Part shown: positions 1 to 11,776 of the stretch, in pieces | Position numbering within the stretch: position 1 is the stretch's first letter | How the letters are laid out: every line of letters begins with the position of its first letter | NCBI GenBank assembly: GCA_001179505.1 | Contig: CDMY01000212.1 | Span: 1 to 64,000 of the forward strand | Direction of reading: 5' to 3' | Source of the DNA: Vitrella brassicaformis CCMP3155 | Taxonomy: Eukaryota; Protista; Chromerida | Length of the DNA: 64,000 bases | Position numbers and translations under genes: made by a program | The notes under the pieces: model-generated | Database searches by the model: none | What the model was told of the DNA's origin: nothing | What the model saw: only the letters and a program-made list of their open reading frames with translations

Positions 1-184
1 GTTTGAGGGGCGGGAGGCAGTCATGGCGTGGTGTTGGGGCGATGGACGGGGCTGGGGTGTTCTCATCGGATGAGTGAGCGTGCCCTTTGTGCATAGGCAT
101 ATGTGGATAGATTCATGGAGGCGATTTGAACAAGCGAGTGCATGGATGCCATCTGTCAATTATCTCTTCCCGAAAAAAAAAATG

Positions 185-550
185 GCAGAGCAGGATAGTG
201 GTGAGAAGGCGAACTTAGAGACTGTGTTGGTGGGTGAGTGATTGTCTCTGCATGATTCATCTGTGTTTTTGGACATTCCATCACTCAATCTGTCGATTGC
301 TCGTCGCATTCCATCATTCATTCGCCAGTGAATCACTACTGCTTGTCTGTCTCGCCCAAGCAACGCTCAAGCACTTGCTTTGCTCGCTCTCCTCATCCTC
401 GCCGCCGGCCGGGTTGCTTTTTTTTCTTTTTTCCGGGCCAAGCTCGATGCCAGGCGAGTCAGGTGACCTGCCGGGATGCCCTGGTGACTCGGACGGGCAA
501 GCAGAAGGCGTGTGAATTGCCCCGAATAAATGGGACAACGGATATATGGG
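185..550. repeat. Direct segmental duplicate, copy 1 (copy 2 at about 4801-5180)
   Basis: The GCAGAG..GATAGTGGTGAGAAGGCGAACTTAGAGACTGTGTTGGTG...AATTGCC..GATAAATGGGACAACGGAT block recurs at about 4801-5180 with scattered substitutions. Confidence 0.9.
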
Positions 551-1055
551 AAAAACGCTATAATATGGGACACCCCCAGTAATATGGGACACCCTGGGCG
601 TGTCCCATTCAGTGTTTTTTCCAAGAGGTTTGACGGTTTGACGAAGGTTGGACGGCGGCATTCGTCAAACCTCTGCGGGTTGGAGTGAGGTTGGACCGTC
701 AAACTTTCAAACCTAGCAGCTCCGGGGAAGAAGGTTTGACGGTTTGACGATTTGGCCTTGATTATCTCTCCTTTTGGTAGGTTTTCCTGTGTGTTTCCTG
801 TCTGTGTGTGCCTGCCAGTGTCTGTATGTGTGTTTGCGTGGCACAAACATTCCAATTCTGGAGCATGGCGTGTCATTTTCCTCTCTTCTCTTCTCCTTGT
901 AGTGTGTCTCCCTCAGGTCGTGGTTTCACCAGCTCATTTTGCGTCCACACGAGGTTTGACGTGTCCAACCTCACTTGCAGCCGGCGGGTTTGACAGAGGT
1001 TTGAAGAAAATTCCTTACGTCGAACACTGGTCCCATTTATCCGAGGCCCACAGTA
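518..1055. mobile_element. MITE-like non-autonomous DNA element with imperfect terminal inverted repeats and internal GGTTTGAC motifs
   Basis: Right end TCCCATTTATCCGAGGCCCACAG-TA (about 1030-1055). The left end GCCCCGAATAAATGGGA is a degenerate reverse complement. Many GGTTTGA/TCAAACC/GGTTGGA motifs lie inside. The same end motif recurs at about 5973-5986 and 10776-10795. Confidence 0.5.
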
Positions 1056-1990
1056 CCCCCCATCTGTGTCACACTCCAAGCGGTACATTGCCAGAAAACT
1101 GACCCAGGGGGGTGGGAAACTGTGTTTCTGTGCGGGGCCCCATGCGGAAAACTGAGCCAGGGGCCCGAACTGGTGATCTGCAATGGAAAATTGGCACATT
1201 CATTGGAAAACTGGCATCGCAAGGGCGCGCGCCCTAACGAAATTTGGGGGTCGACGGGAGTGATAGGTAACGATGGGTGCATCAGGACGCATCGATGCCC
1301 GCCCCCACACAATATGCGTGCGGCCCCCAGTCTCCATCACCTGTCGAGAAAATCGCGATTCGATGCAAGGGCGAAACCCGCCTCGCCAGATAAGCATCGG
1401 ACAAGAACCACGTCCACACCAGCGTGTCAGCGCCATCGCCCTCGCCAATTTAAGCCCACTTTCAGCCCCGTCCGTGACCAGGAGCCAGATCTACGGGCAC
1501 TTCGCATCTTGGGTGGGAGCCAGTTCTCCCCAGCCTTGGGGCCTGGCGCCACGCTACTGCAGGCATGTGAACCGCATTGATGAGAGCTACCATTCGTCTA
1601 TCAACCCACCGCCCCACTCGGCCCGTGACGCCCTCCATCGGACACTCACTATCTTCCAAAGACTCACTCCCCGAGATTGAGCGACCCTGGCCTCGCCTGC
1701 AGGCACCACCCGCACCAGGCTGACCACTGACGCACACTCGATAAGGTGAGGGCCAACACAGGGCAAACGGGCACATCACCATCAATGCGATTTTTCCGTC
1801 TTTTTGTGTGCAGGCAATCACTTCGCCTTGTTTTTGTCGTGTTCCCGGCCTCCCTGCGCCAGCTCTTCTGCCTGTCCTTGTCCATCACTGAGTGCGCCAC
1901 CACATGGTAGACACACCACCACCACACAACCAATCCCTCCTCTGATATGACCATTTTTGTCCATTAATGTCACAGGTACCTTTTCGCTGA

Positions 1991-3655
1991 TTACTCACCG
2001 ACCAAGAGGCCGCCCAGCCCGCCTCCCCAGCCACACTCTGCAGCACCGCAAGGGCCATCAATCCCTGTAAGCAGAAATGGCACACGCGAAATGCATGCCG
2101 TGTGAGTGGCTCGACGATGGGCGGCTGCGATGGCTATCAGCTTCAACAACTCTACTCGGTGGACTCCCTCTGCCGCCCCAGAGCCACGCCCTTGGCTCTG
2201 TGGGTCCGCGTGTGTCGACGATGTGCGGGCCCGACGGCCGTCTTGCACACTCGACTCCACAGTCGCCGACTCCCCCACCTCAACAGTGCCGTGTGCACCC
2301 TGCCTCTGGCCGTCCTGGGCCCCCACCGCTGCTGGTGGGTGGACTGTCGAACCGGCCTCGTTCCCACTCTGAGGCTGTGCATTCGTGGCCGGTCGGCTGC
2401 TCGCTGGTGCTGCCGTCTGCCACTGTGGTACCGTCTCACGGCCCGTCTGAGGTGGTGGCGGGGGTGGGGGCTGGACGGCCAGATGCTGCTAGGCGCCTGT
2501 GCACAGTGGCGCCGTCACAGCCGAGTGGGTGGCCGCGAGATGCTCCCCCTGCCCCCTCATGGGCAGGTCCGCCCCCTGCCGCCCCTTTTCGATGGCGGTG
2601 TTGAGGGTGTCGACCCGCTCATACTGTCGCTGCCGCCATGTCTGGACGTCCATGCAGATCCGGTGCTGTTGCTCTAGCAGCTGCCCCAGCAGTGTTCGGT
2701 CTGTGGCGCCTCGAATATGCTCCTCGATGGCTCGTTGCCTCTCTTCATGGTAGGACACTTGCCAGTCGATGTGAGCCAGATAGGTATCCGACGGCGCCCC
2801 CACTCTCGCTGCCACATCCGCCCTCGCCCGTCGTACCATCTCTGCCTCCGCCGTCGCTGTGGCGGGGTGGATGGGTATGAAGGCTGGCTGAAGGGCTGTC
2901 TGGGATGGGCCTGGGGCTGATGCTGCTGCTGCACCTGGTGCTGCTCCTGTGGACATCTGCTCTGTGGGTGAGGGTCCGGGTGACGGGATGGGGGATGGTT
3001 GGGTTGGTTGGGGTGGTGGGGGTGGTGGTGGGGCATTGGTAACGCCTTCCGGCGCACCGCTCGTGTTGACTGACGAACTGAGGCCGCCGGTGCCTCTTCG
3101 TTGTTCGCCGCCCGCCATGCTCCGTAGGACGCGCTGTTGTATCTCTTCTCGGGTCAGAGTGTAGTTGGCGGGGTCGCTGGGGTCGGCCACCTGCAGGACG
3201 CCGGCAACGTTGGCCCGAAGGTCCTCCAGCTGCTCAGACGACCACTGCTCGGTGGCAAGCGCCGCTGCTAACGCCCTCACTATCGCTTCTCCTGGCCCTT
3301 CGTTCGGCTCTCCATTGAGCCTCGAGGATCGCCCTGACGCCACGGGAGGCTGTGGCGACGTCGACGCACCATACCGATAGCCCTGCACCGCATTCCGTCC
3401 TTGCCGCACCTCTTGGGTCGTCACTGATGTTGGGGGGACTTGTTGAACCCCTGGTGCGGGTGCGATGCGAGAGACCCTCAGTCGTCCGCCGACGAGTGAG
3501 ACTGTCTCGGGTGGGTGGGAGCGGGACGAGTCCGGAGGCTGATCAGCCCCTCGGTCGTCCGCTGTTGCAGCTGGTGCAGGGGTAGGTGGGGTGGGTGAGT
3601 TGAGGTCGATGAGGTCTCCTAGGTCAGCGAACGGGTCTCTGCCGTTGGAGCTCAT
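1991..3655 (-). CDS. Pro/Ala-rich hypothetical protein interrupted by one in-frame TAG at 2489-2491
   Basis: ORF from ATG 3655 (MSSNGRDPF...). After the TAG the same frame continues (QHLAVQPPPPPPPQTGRETV...GAQDGQRQ...) to 1991. Confidence 0.55.
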
Positions 3656-4800
3656 TGGCGTCGTCAGCCTCACTGGTCAGGGGTCGCTGTTGCTGCGCCC
3701 ATGTGGAATGTGAATCCGTCGATGTCGTAGCCGTATGTGACTGTGTGATGAGGGACGTCAGTCGGTCTCAGCTCAACGGTCAACGGCAATATGTAGTAGA
3801 TAACGGTCGATACACGAGTCCCACGAGAGTCATACACGAGTAACTGCACCACCACACCACACACACAAACAAACCACACCAACCACACACAACAGAGGTG
3901 AGCGAGGATGGGTAGGTTAGGTGAATGGGTAGGGGGGTGGTGTGTGAGTGACGTACCGGTGAAGGCGTGTGTGGATGCCCTGTCTGTGTCCCACACGCCG
4001 CTAGTGAGAAAACCAAACCACCCTGCACCACCACAATACGCCCACGCAAAAGGATAGAGGTGAGTGGTGGTAGGCATGTCATACAGTGTGTGTGTGAATG
4101 ACATACCGCATGTGTTGGGTGGTGCTCCACACTGACGGTACCCCAGACCAAACCAACAACACGATACACATGGACCTGAACCACCAGAGGCACACAGTAA
4201 GTGAGAGGCTGGATGGGACGCATCACATGAGTAGGTGCGTACCAGCTAGACGTAGTCAGTGTGTCTCTGATGTCCCGATGTCACCCATGACCGATACGCA
4301 CCACATCACAACCTGCACGCGCCATGAGAGGACACACAAGCCAGTAGTGGGTAAGATCATGGTCAGTGAGTAGGTGGGATAGAGTTCCGTACCGATATGA
4401 GCAGCATGACGACTGAACAGAGGCAGTCCAATGCATGCCATCACTGACGAATACCACAGGCACTCTGCAGCCATGCCAACGTAGGAGAGCGATGAGTGTC
4501 CGTGTAGGAGTATACATGTGGTGTGTATACGTACCTGTAGCATAGTGCATGGCACCCAGGGCGATGGTACGTCGTCAGGCATGGTCATGTGCAGACTGCG
4601 AGCTATGAGCTCCGTGTAACCGGTAGCTGATAGCTTGGCCCACTGAACTGAGCCATGGCCAACATCGCACCAATCGCCAACACAATAGAGCGTGGATACA
4701 ATGGGACCAACCATGATGACATATATGCATAGGCGGCGGTATGTCACCGCGACAATTCGTGAGTGAGGTGGAGCGAGAGATGAATGCCGAGCAAGCTATG

Positions 4801-5180
4801 GCAGAGGAGGATAGTGGTGAGAAGGCGAACTTAGAGACTGTGTTGGTGTGGTGAATGACTGTCTCTGCATGATTCATGTGTGTTTTTGGACATTCCATCA
4901 CTCAATCTATCGATTGCTCGTCGCATTCCATCACTCAATCGCCACTCAATCACCAGTGAATCACTCCTGCTTGTCTGTCTCGCCCGAGCAACGCTCAAGG
5001 TCTTGCTTTGCTCGCTCTCCTCATCCTCGCCACCGGCCGGGTTGCTTTTTTTCTTTTCCGGGCCAAGCTCGGCGCCAGGCGAGTCAGGTGGCCTGCTGGG
5101 ATGCGCTGATGACTCAGACGGACAAGCAGACGGCGTGTGAATTGCCTCGGATAAATGGGACAACGGATAAATGGGAAAAA
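4801..5180. repeat. Direct segmental duplicate, copy 2 of 185-550
   Basis: Colinear sequence match to 185-550, ending in the same CCTCGGATAAATGGGA motif. Confidence 0.9.
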
Positions 5181-5339
5181 CCCTTATATATAACTTACTT
5201 ATATATACTATATACATATACGTATGTATACATATACATATACATACACACACACATCACATAGGTACCGCTTTATCCACACAGGAATGCGGTGCCGCAT
5301 CTCTTTCTGTGTGTCCTTATAGGCAAACTTTATCGTGTG

Positions 5340-5940
5340 TGCGTACAGCGCCACCGATCGCCCGAGTGGATTTTCTGTGACCCTGCACTTCCTCGGGCGC
5401 CTCTGGCCCGCCCTCAAGAGAGGCTGCAAGCTCGTGAGGGGGGAGGGATGGGCGCACACAGCCGCACACTCCCATGTGGGGAAGCTGCCTGCCCATGCCT
5501 CTGTCGTTTCTTCAGGTCTGTGTGACCGACAACAATCGCCCCGAGAGCAAGTGTCCGCATCTCCAACGGCTGGACACAGAGTACGCGGGTAAGGAGGCCA
5601 ACGAGGCGGCGGCGATGCGGCGCGGGCAGCCAGCTGGGGCATCGCCGTCATCGGCTGTCGGGCGTCAGCAGTCTCGGGTGGTCGCGTCGCCAGGGGCGGA
5701 CGCGGCACCTGATGACCATGATGAGGACTACGTGGACGACGAGGAGGTGCGTTCGGAGGAGAGCAGCGAGGCGAGCGACGAGGACACCTTCGATGGTGAG
5801 GGCGGCGGGGGGGCGCGGGAGGGGAGGGCTGGCGAGAGGGGCGTGGTCGGCGGGAGGCCTGCGTCCCAGGAGGGCATGCGGCAAGAGGCTCTCAAGACAC
5901 TCATCGAGGTCAGCAGCACTCCGGCTCAGGGTGGACCGTG
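5340..5940 (+). pseudogene. Gene fragment with a short Cys/His motif and an acidic low-complexity tract, cut off by a repeat end
   Basis: Spliced reading ...GCKL|VCVTDNNRPESKCPHL... then DDHDEDYVDDEE. It abuts ATATGGGACACCCTGGG...CTTATCCGAGGCCC, motifs also seen at about 582-607 and 1037-1050. Confidence 0.35.
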
Positions 5941-5992
5941 TCATATATGGGACACCCTGGGCCGTCTCCCACTTATCCGAGGCCCGTGTTGA

Positions 5993-6200
5993 GATACGTT
6001 AACTCATAGCGCAACGGCAGGCAGAGTCTGGCGGTCTCTCATGTAATGAACTGCATCAACATCGACCAACCCTCAATCATGCGACAAACATGCCAGCACC
6101 ATCCTCAGCGCCCGCCTGGCGTATCTTCCAGCGGCGCCGCCCACCACGCACACACATACTTGCACTACGCGCCAACGCAACAGACAGACGAGCACGAACC
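5993..6200 (-). mobile_element. Fragment matching the 3' non-coding end of the non-LTR element at 33910-35290
   Basis: Reverse-complement similarity to about 35088-35290 (CAGCACCATCCTCAGCGCCCGCCTGGCG...CGCCCACCACGCACACACA). Confidence 0.75.
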
Positions 6201-6343
6201 CACGCCATCACCTGGCCATACGACTTGTCTGCCCACGCAGCCTTGGTGCGCAGCTTCTCAACTAGGCGGCTGAAAAAACCATTGGCCTCTCTGCCCGACA
6301 CACCATCCACCGTGACGCACAAGGGGGTGAAGTGGATGGACTT

Positions 6344-7223
6344 CGCAGCGTCCTGGACCGGTAGTCCGTTTTGGTTGGTTGCCTAACGATGTGCCCATGT
6401 GTTGGGCGTAATCATGGGCATTCAAAATCACCGACCAATGGTGGTGCCGATATGCGAAGCCGGCGAGATACCCATGGGTAACCTTTCAAGGCACACCCCA
6501 ACTTCTCACAGAGAGCTTGCGGCCAAGCAAACATGGGAACCAACTTGTCAGGCGTGTTGCCCTGAACAACGTGCACACCACAACATCCCGCCATGTGCGG
6601 TCCCCGCGGAGAATCACCCATGTCACTTCTATCGGCGAGTCATGGCGCCTCAGCCAAGCCTCCCCACGGCACGCCGTCCACACCACACAGTAGCCCTTGA
6701 CACCCTCTATCCATCGGCCTACCCATCTGCTCCCCAGCGCGACCATCGTCACTTTGACTCAGACCGATTCTGTCTTTCGGCGAACAGATCGGCTCTTTCT
6801 GACAGCCTGTCGGCTCGCTGCGGCCTGCCTTGTACCTTAGCGAGGTCGCCTCGTCACGCCCGACACGGTGAGAGCTCAATCAGATGGGAAGATGACCGTC
6901 AGACGCACTCAAACTCTCACTCTGTGTCTGACTCAGGTCTGTGCGGCGTTTTCTGACCGTTTTGACTGTCATGCGGACTCCTTGCTTCACTCAGCCGATG
7001 ACGGACGACTCACTCACTCACCCAGGTACTCACACACTGACAGGAAGGCCCACTCACACACATCCATGGAGATGTATACATATACACATATGTACACAGG
7101 GTCGATCGACTCATCTGCTGCCTCTTCTGGGTCTCCTGTGTGCCTGCAGGCGCCTCTCTGTGCACCTGAGCGCCTCGCGGACCCCTTCTCTCTCTCTCTC
7201 TCCCCTTCCTCCACCCACCACCC
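6344..7223. repeat. Left arm of a near-identical inverted duplication (right arm 9887-10687, interrupted by an N gap)
   Basis: 6344-6610 is the reverse complement of 10418-10687, and about 6992-7223 is the reverse complement of 9887-10117. Confidence 0.95.
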
Positions 7224-7239
7224 ACTTCTGCCTCCCGAC

Positions 7240-8328
7240 AATGAAGCGACCCGTAGACGAACAACCAGAGATAGAGGAGGAGGAAGAACGGCCACTGCAT
7301 GAGGACGGCCGTCCCAATGCCAATGCCCCGAGGCGCACCCGTCAGCCGCCGCCTCGCCGGTCTCAATATCAAAAGCCACGTCTGAAGCGTCAGAGACCCG
7401 ACACCCAGCCCCCTCCACCACCACCGCCTCCAGCAGCAGCAGCCGCAGCGGCAGCAGCCGTTCCTGCCGCTTCAGAATCAGCCGATGGCGAGAAGGCGAT
7501 GGCGAGAAGGCGATGGATGTGTTCCGGTGGTATGTATATGCCACGGCGCGAGCACCGCTCGTCACGGACGCACAGGTCGTCAGGGACGTGCAAGGTAGGT
7601 CTGCAGATTCCACACAAGGGAGATGGCCCCATGAACACATCGTGTGCTTTCCTACGTTACCTTCTCAGGTTTGTTCGACGAGCTGTCCATTCCGATCGAC
7701 TTCTTGCCGAGGGTTCGGACACGCGCTGCCGGTCAGCAATACGACAACACACGAAAGTCATTCATCCATCTGCTTGTTTGTGTGTTCAGCTAACCGGGTC
7801 TTTGTGTGTGAGGAGGAGTACCAGCAGCTGACCAGGGAGGAACAGGACGACCTGATTCTTGGCCACAAGCTGCCCAAGGACTTCTGTCAGCGCATACAGG
7901 GCAGTCTGCAGGCTCGCGATTTCATGAAGTGGGTGACGCAGATGCATCGCTTCCTCGCCAAGCTCGAGCCGACGCACGAGGAGTGAGACAACCTCTGTCT
8001 GCATCTGTGGCAAATGAAGCTGATCAATTACAGACAGTAAGAAAGCATCGTCACGGCACATCGATGGCATCCATAGGCAGTGTCAAGTTGTCTGTGTGTG
8101 TGTGTGTGTGGCATACACAGCTTGAATGTGCTTGATTTGCACAGCCTGTCGATTCATCAGCTGGAGTGCCACGCGCCGTTCTTCTACACCCTCTGCAAGC
8201 GTGAGCCGGAGTGCCCGCCGTGCGGCCTCGCCTTCAGCATGAACGGCCATGAGGGTCTCAACCATCTGGCGCACACCATCGAGGAGCGACACACGATGAG
8301 GGGAGGCGGGCCGGATTCAGCTGATTGA
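7240..8328 (+). CDS. Multi-exon hypothetical protein with a possible Cys/His zinc-binding motif near the C-terminus
   Basis: Coding-like exons MKRPVDEQPEIEEEEE..., EEEYQQLTREEQDDLILGHKLPKDFCQR... and ECPPCGLAFSMNGHEGLNHLAH, separated by GT-AG introns. Frame continuity was not fully resolved. Confidence 0.45.
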
Positions 8329-8744
8329 GCATCAGCTGAAGACCCATCTGCTGGCGTCGATCGACGAGACCCACCGGCACATTCTGACATACAGCACGAA
8401 GCCATCGAGCCGGATGCTTCCACATGACGAGATGGATCGGTCGCCTCTGCCAGACGTGCCGATCAAGGACTGGACGAAGTTTGTGTCAGTGGAGACGATG
8501 AGAGAGTGGGAGAGGCAGGCGGAAGAGTGGGTGAGGGATGGGCGGATGTGATTATTTGTTCATTCATTCATTCGTTCATTCATTCATTCATTCAGTCATG
8601 CTTTTGTGTGATAGCCACTGTGACTCATTCCATGAATCATTCATTCACTCATTCATTCGTTCATTCATGATGATAGACACTGCGACTCGTTCATGTCATG
8701 TCCAGAATATGTACAGTCTGTCACACGAAACAACACAATCAACC

Positions 8745-9880
8745 AACTCACTCAATCCGACCACCGATGGCTGCGGCATGGGCAATGGCCTCCTCTCCCA
8801 TATCACCCTCGCCCAGCGCAAACCCCTCCATGAATTGGTTGATCTGCTGCTGCCCGTCGGGGTCCTCATGGTCCTCATGCTCGTGCGGATCACCATCCTT
8901 CTGCTCATCGTCGTCTTCGGAATCCATCTCATTCTTGTCGCCCTCCCCCTCAGCGGCAGCGGCAGGCTGGGCGGCGGCGGCAGCAGCAGCAGGCTGGGCG
9001 GGAGGCGGGTCAAGGTTGTCGGCGAGCGCTTGCTGCTGTATGCGAATGTGGCCTCCACAACGGCCGTGGCGCGAAGCGGTGCGACCCGAAGGAACAATGA
9101 GCGCTCCTCATCCACCACCAGACGATTCTGCACACACACAGACATGACACAAGTAAGGGGAGAAATGGGTGAGTGTCGTCATTCTGTGAATGTCGTGGTG
9201 CATGTACCGTTCGTTTGTAGCCGTTGCCGCACATGGTGCACCCCTCCAGGCATCGATCACTATCCAGCAGCACTGCGATGATCTTGTCCATCCCATCCCC
9301 ACAAAACTCGTGCATATTCCATTCTCGACCGAAAATGGCCCTGCGGCGATAGTCAGCTGGAAGGCTGGAGAGGAGGCACGCGCCTCGCCTCCTCACGACG
9401 CGCAGGCCCTGTGCTGTGCTGGCGGCCAAGGGGGGCTGGGTGTGCTCGTTGAGGAAGTGAACGAGCTCGATGGCGGTCTGTCGTTCGACCAGAGAGGCGG
9501 CCACACGCTTCCACCGACCATCCACCCGCAGACCCGGACTGCGGGCAGACCTGGCGACGAGGAAGAGGCTGGAGGGTGCGATGGATGGCATCGTCGAGGG
9601 AAACGAATGCAGCAAACACGCGGGCCAGCTGGTCGGCCTCCCGCGGGTCGTCCTCTGTGGGCTCCAGGGCTTCTTCCAGCCGTTGCCGAGGAAGCCACCT
9701 GCCAGAAGGCCCGTGGCGCTGCCGATCGACAAGAGTGGGAGTGGTGGACCGCCTCGGGGTATCAAATTGAGGGCCTCGGACGACGGATGAGCAGCATCGA
9801 CCCTGCCACGCAGCCGGACCGGGCCGTGTCGCCAGTCGGCAGAGGGCTGGTCAGCTGCAGCGGAACGGGTCCTCTACAGG
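8745..9880 (-). CDS. Multi-exon hypothetical protein, convergent with the previous gene and possibly frameshifted
   Basis: Coding-like segments RWKRVAASLVERQTAIELVHFLNEH...DRCLEGCTMCGNGYK and an acidic tail EGEGDKNEMDSEDDDEQ...GGRIE*. Confidence 0.4.
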
Positions 9881-9886
9881 CTGGAG

Positions 9887-10687
9887 GGGTGGTGGGTGGA
9901 GGAAGGGGAGAGAGAGAGAGAGAAGGGGTCCGCGAGGCGCTCAGGTGCACAGAGAGGCGCCTGCAGGCACACAGGAGACCCAGAAGAGGCAGCAGATGAG
10001 TCGATCGACCTTGTGTACATATGTGTATATGTATACATCTCCATGGATGTGTGTGAGTGGGCCTTCCTGTCAGTGTGTGAGTACCTGGGTGAGTGAGTGA
10101 GTCGTCCGTCATCGGCTNNNNNNNNNNNNNNNNNNNNNNNNNNNNNNNNNNNNNNNNNNNNNNNNNNNNNNNNNNNNNNNNNNNNNNNNNNNNNNNNNNN
10201 NNNNNNNNNNNNNNNNNNNNNNNNNNNNNNNNNNNNNNNNNNNNNNNNNNNNNNNNNNNNNNNNNNNNNNNNNNNNNNNNNNNNNNNNNNNNNNNNNNNN
10301 NNNNNNNNNNNNNNNNNNNNNNNNNNNNNNNNNNNNNNNNNNNNNNNNNNNNNNNNNNNNNNNNNNNNNNNNNNNNNNNNNNNNNNNNNNNNNNNNNNNN
10401 NNNNNNNNNNNNNNNNNTTCTCCGCGGGGACCGCACATGGCGGGATGTTGTGGTGTGCACGTTGTTCAGGGCAACACGCCTGACAAGTTGGTTCCCATGT
10501 TTGCTTGGCCGCAAGCTCTCTGTGAGGAGTTGGGGTGTGCCTTGAAAGGTTACCCATGGGTATCTCGCCGGCTTCGCATATCGGCACCACCATTGGTCGG
10601 TGATTTTGAATGCCCATGATTACGCCCAACACATGGGCACATCGTTAGGCAACCAACCAAAACGGACTACCGGTCCAGGACGCTGCG
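9887..10687. repeat. Right arm of the inverted duplication of 6344-7223
   Basis: See left arm. It contains the 300-N gap at 10118-10417. Confidence 0.95.
10118..10417. other. Assembly gap (300 N)
   Basis: N run. Confidence 1.
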
Positions 10688-10873
10688 CTTGTCCTCGCAC
10701 ACACGGCTGTGGTGGGCCTTCTTGGCCTTGGCCTTGTTCTTGAGGATGGAGGCGGTCGATTGCTTGCGGTAGGACTTATCCGAGGCCCACAGTAGATTAT
10801 TTCACCTGGTGAAATAATATCCATTTATCCATATTGGGCATATCGGGCAGCTACACTTGGTACGTATATACGT

Positions 10874-11776
10874 ATGGTGGGCGATAAGGGTGCGTTGCAA
10901 GCCCTTCTCAAAGGCGAAGACGGTTCCCATAGGTTCAAAATCTATTGTCTTGCATTGCTGCTTTCTTTATCTCTTGTTCTGTGGACGTTTTGGGACAACT
11001 CCTTTTTGGAAGTCCCGGTCCATCTCTCTAGGCTACTCAGGCTCCCACCATCGGGCAATCTCACGAACAGCTGCGGATTCAGTCACGAGTCTGAATCCAT
11101 GCCGGATGCGATACGTCGTGGGTACGTGATGACTCTGCCTGAGGCTGATGGCGAACCCGGACGTTACTCTCGCTTTTTGAGGGAGTGGACAGCCGCATAT
11201 CCCGCACTCGATATGCAGCAAATCAAGACGTTCCGGGCGCCCAGACGAGGGCTGGGAATCCTTGCCGGCAACATCCACGCGGTCGATCGTGCTATCGAAG
11301 ACAACGTTGACACGGCAATCTTTCTCGAAGATGATGCGAAACCCTTCAAGCCTGTCGATGCAGAGACATGGAAGGCACAATTCGACAAGCTTCTGATGCG
11401 ATGGCCCAATAACTCCATGGCTCTGTTCTTGGGCGCACACAATATCAGGCCTCATAGAGTGGATCCAAAGAAGCTGAGTCGTTCTCCGGAACTCCTTGAG
11501 TCCGGTATCATACGCGCGGACGATGCATGGGGCGCGTATGCATATGTGGTGCGAAAATCGCATCTTCGTTGCCTTTCGAAGTACCTCAGGGACTTGGTCG
11601 CTCAGGATAGCAGAGCTTATAGCCACGACGCCGTTTGGTGGAAGGGACTATTTAAGACTGAGACGCCGGCGTATGTGTCAGCCCCACTGCTCGTCGACCA
11701 TCATCCTGGCTTCTCGATGACTTGGGGGAGAAATCGGAGTGATGCTTGGATGGGGAAGAGACAGTGGTGGAAGTAA
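10874..11776 (+). CDS. GT25-like glycosyltransferase, intronless, type II membrane anchor (copy 1)
   Basis: 300-aa ORF with an N-terminal hydrophobic anchor, AIFLEDDA (EDD motif) and WGAYAYVV, typical of family 25 glycosyltransferases. Confidence 0.75.
   Translation: MVGDKGALQALLKGEDGSHRFKIYCLALLLSLSLVLWTFWDNSFLEVPVHLSRLLRLPPSGNLTNSCGFSHESESMPDAIRRGYVMTLPEADGEPGRYSRFLREWTAAYPALDMQQIKTFRAPRRGLGILAGNIHAVDRAIEDNVDTAIFLEDDAKPFKPVDAETWKAQFDKLLMRWPNNSMALFLGAHNIRPHRVDPKKLSRSPELLESGIIRADDAWGAYAYVVRKSHLRCLSKYLRDLVAQDSRAYSHDAVWWKGLFKTETPAYVSAPLLVDHHPGFSMTWGRNRSDAWMGKRQWWK

Noticed and set aside
9762-10632. ORFs spanning N gaps (also 16122-17062 and 43775-44491)
   Set aside because: They are open only because Ns contain no stop codons.
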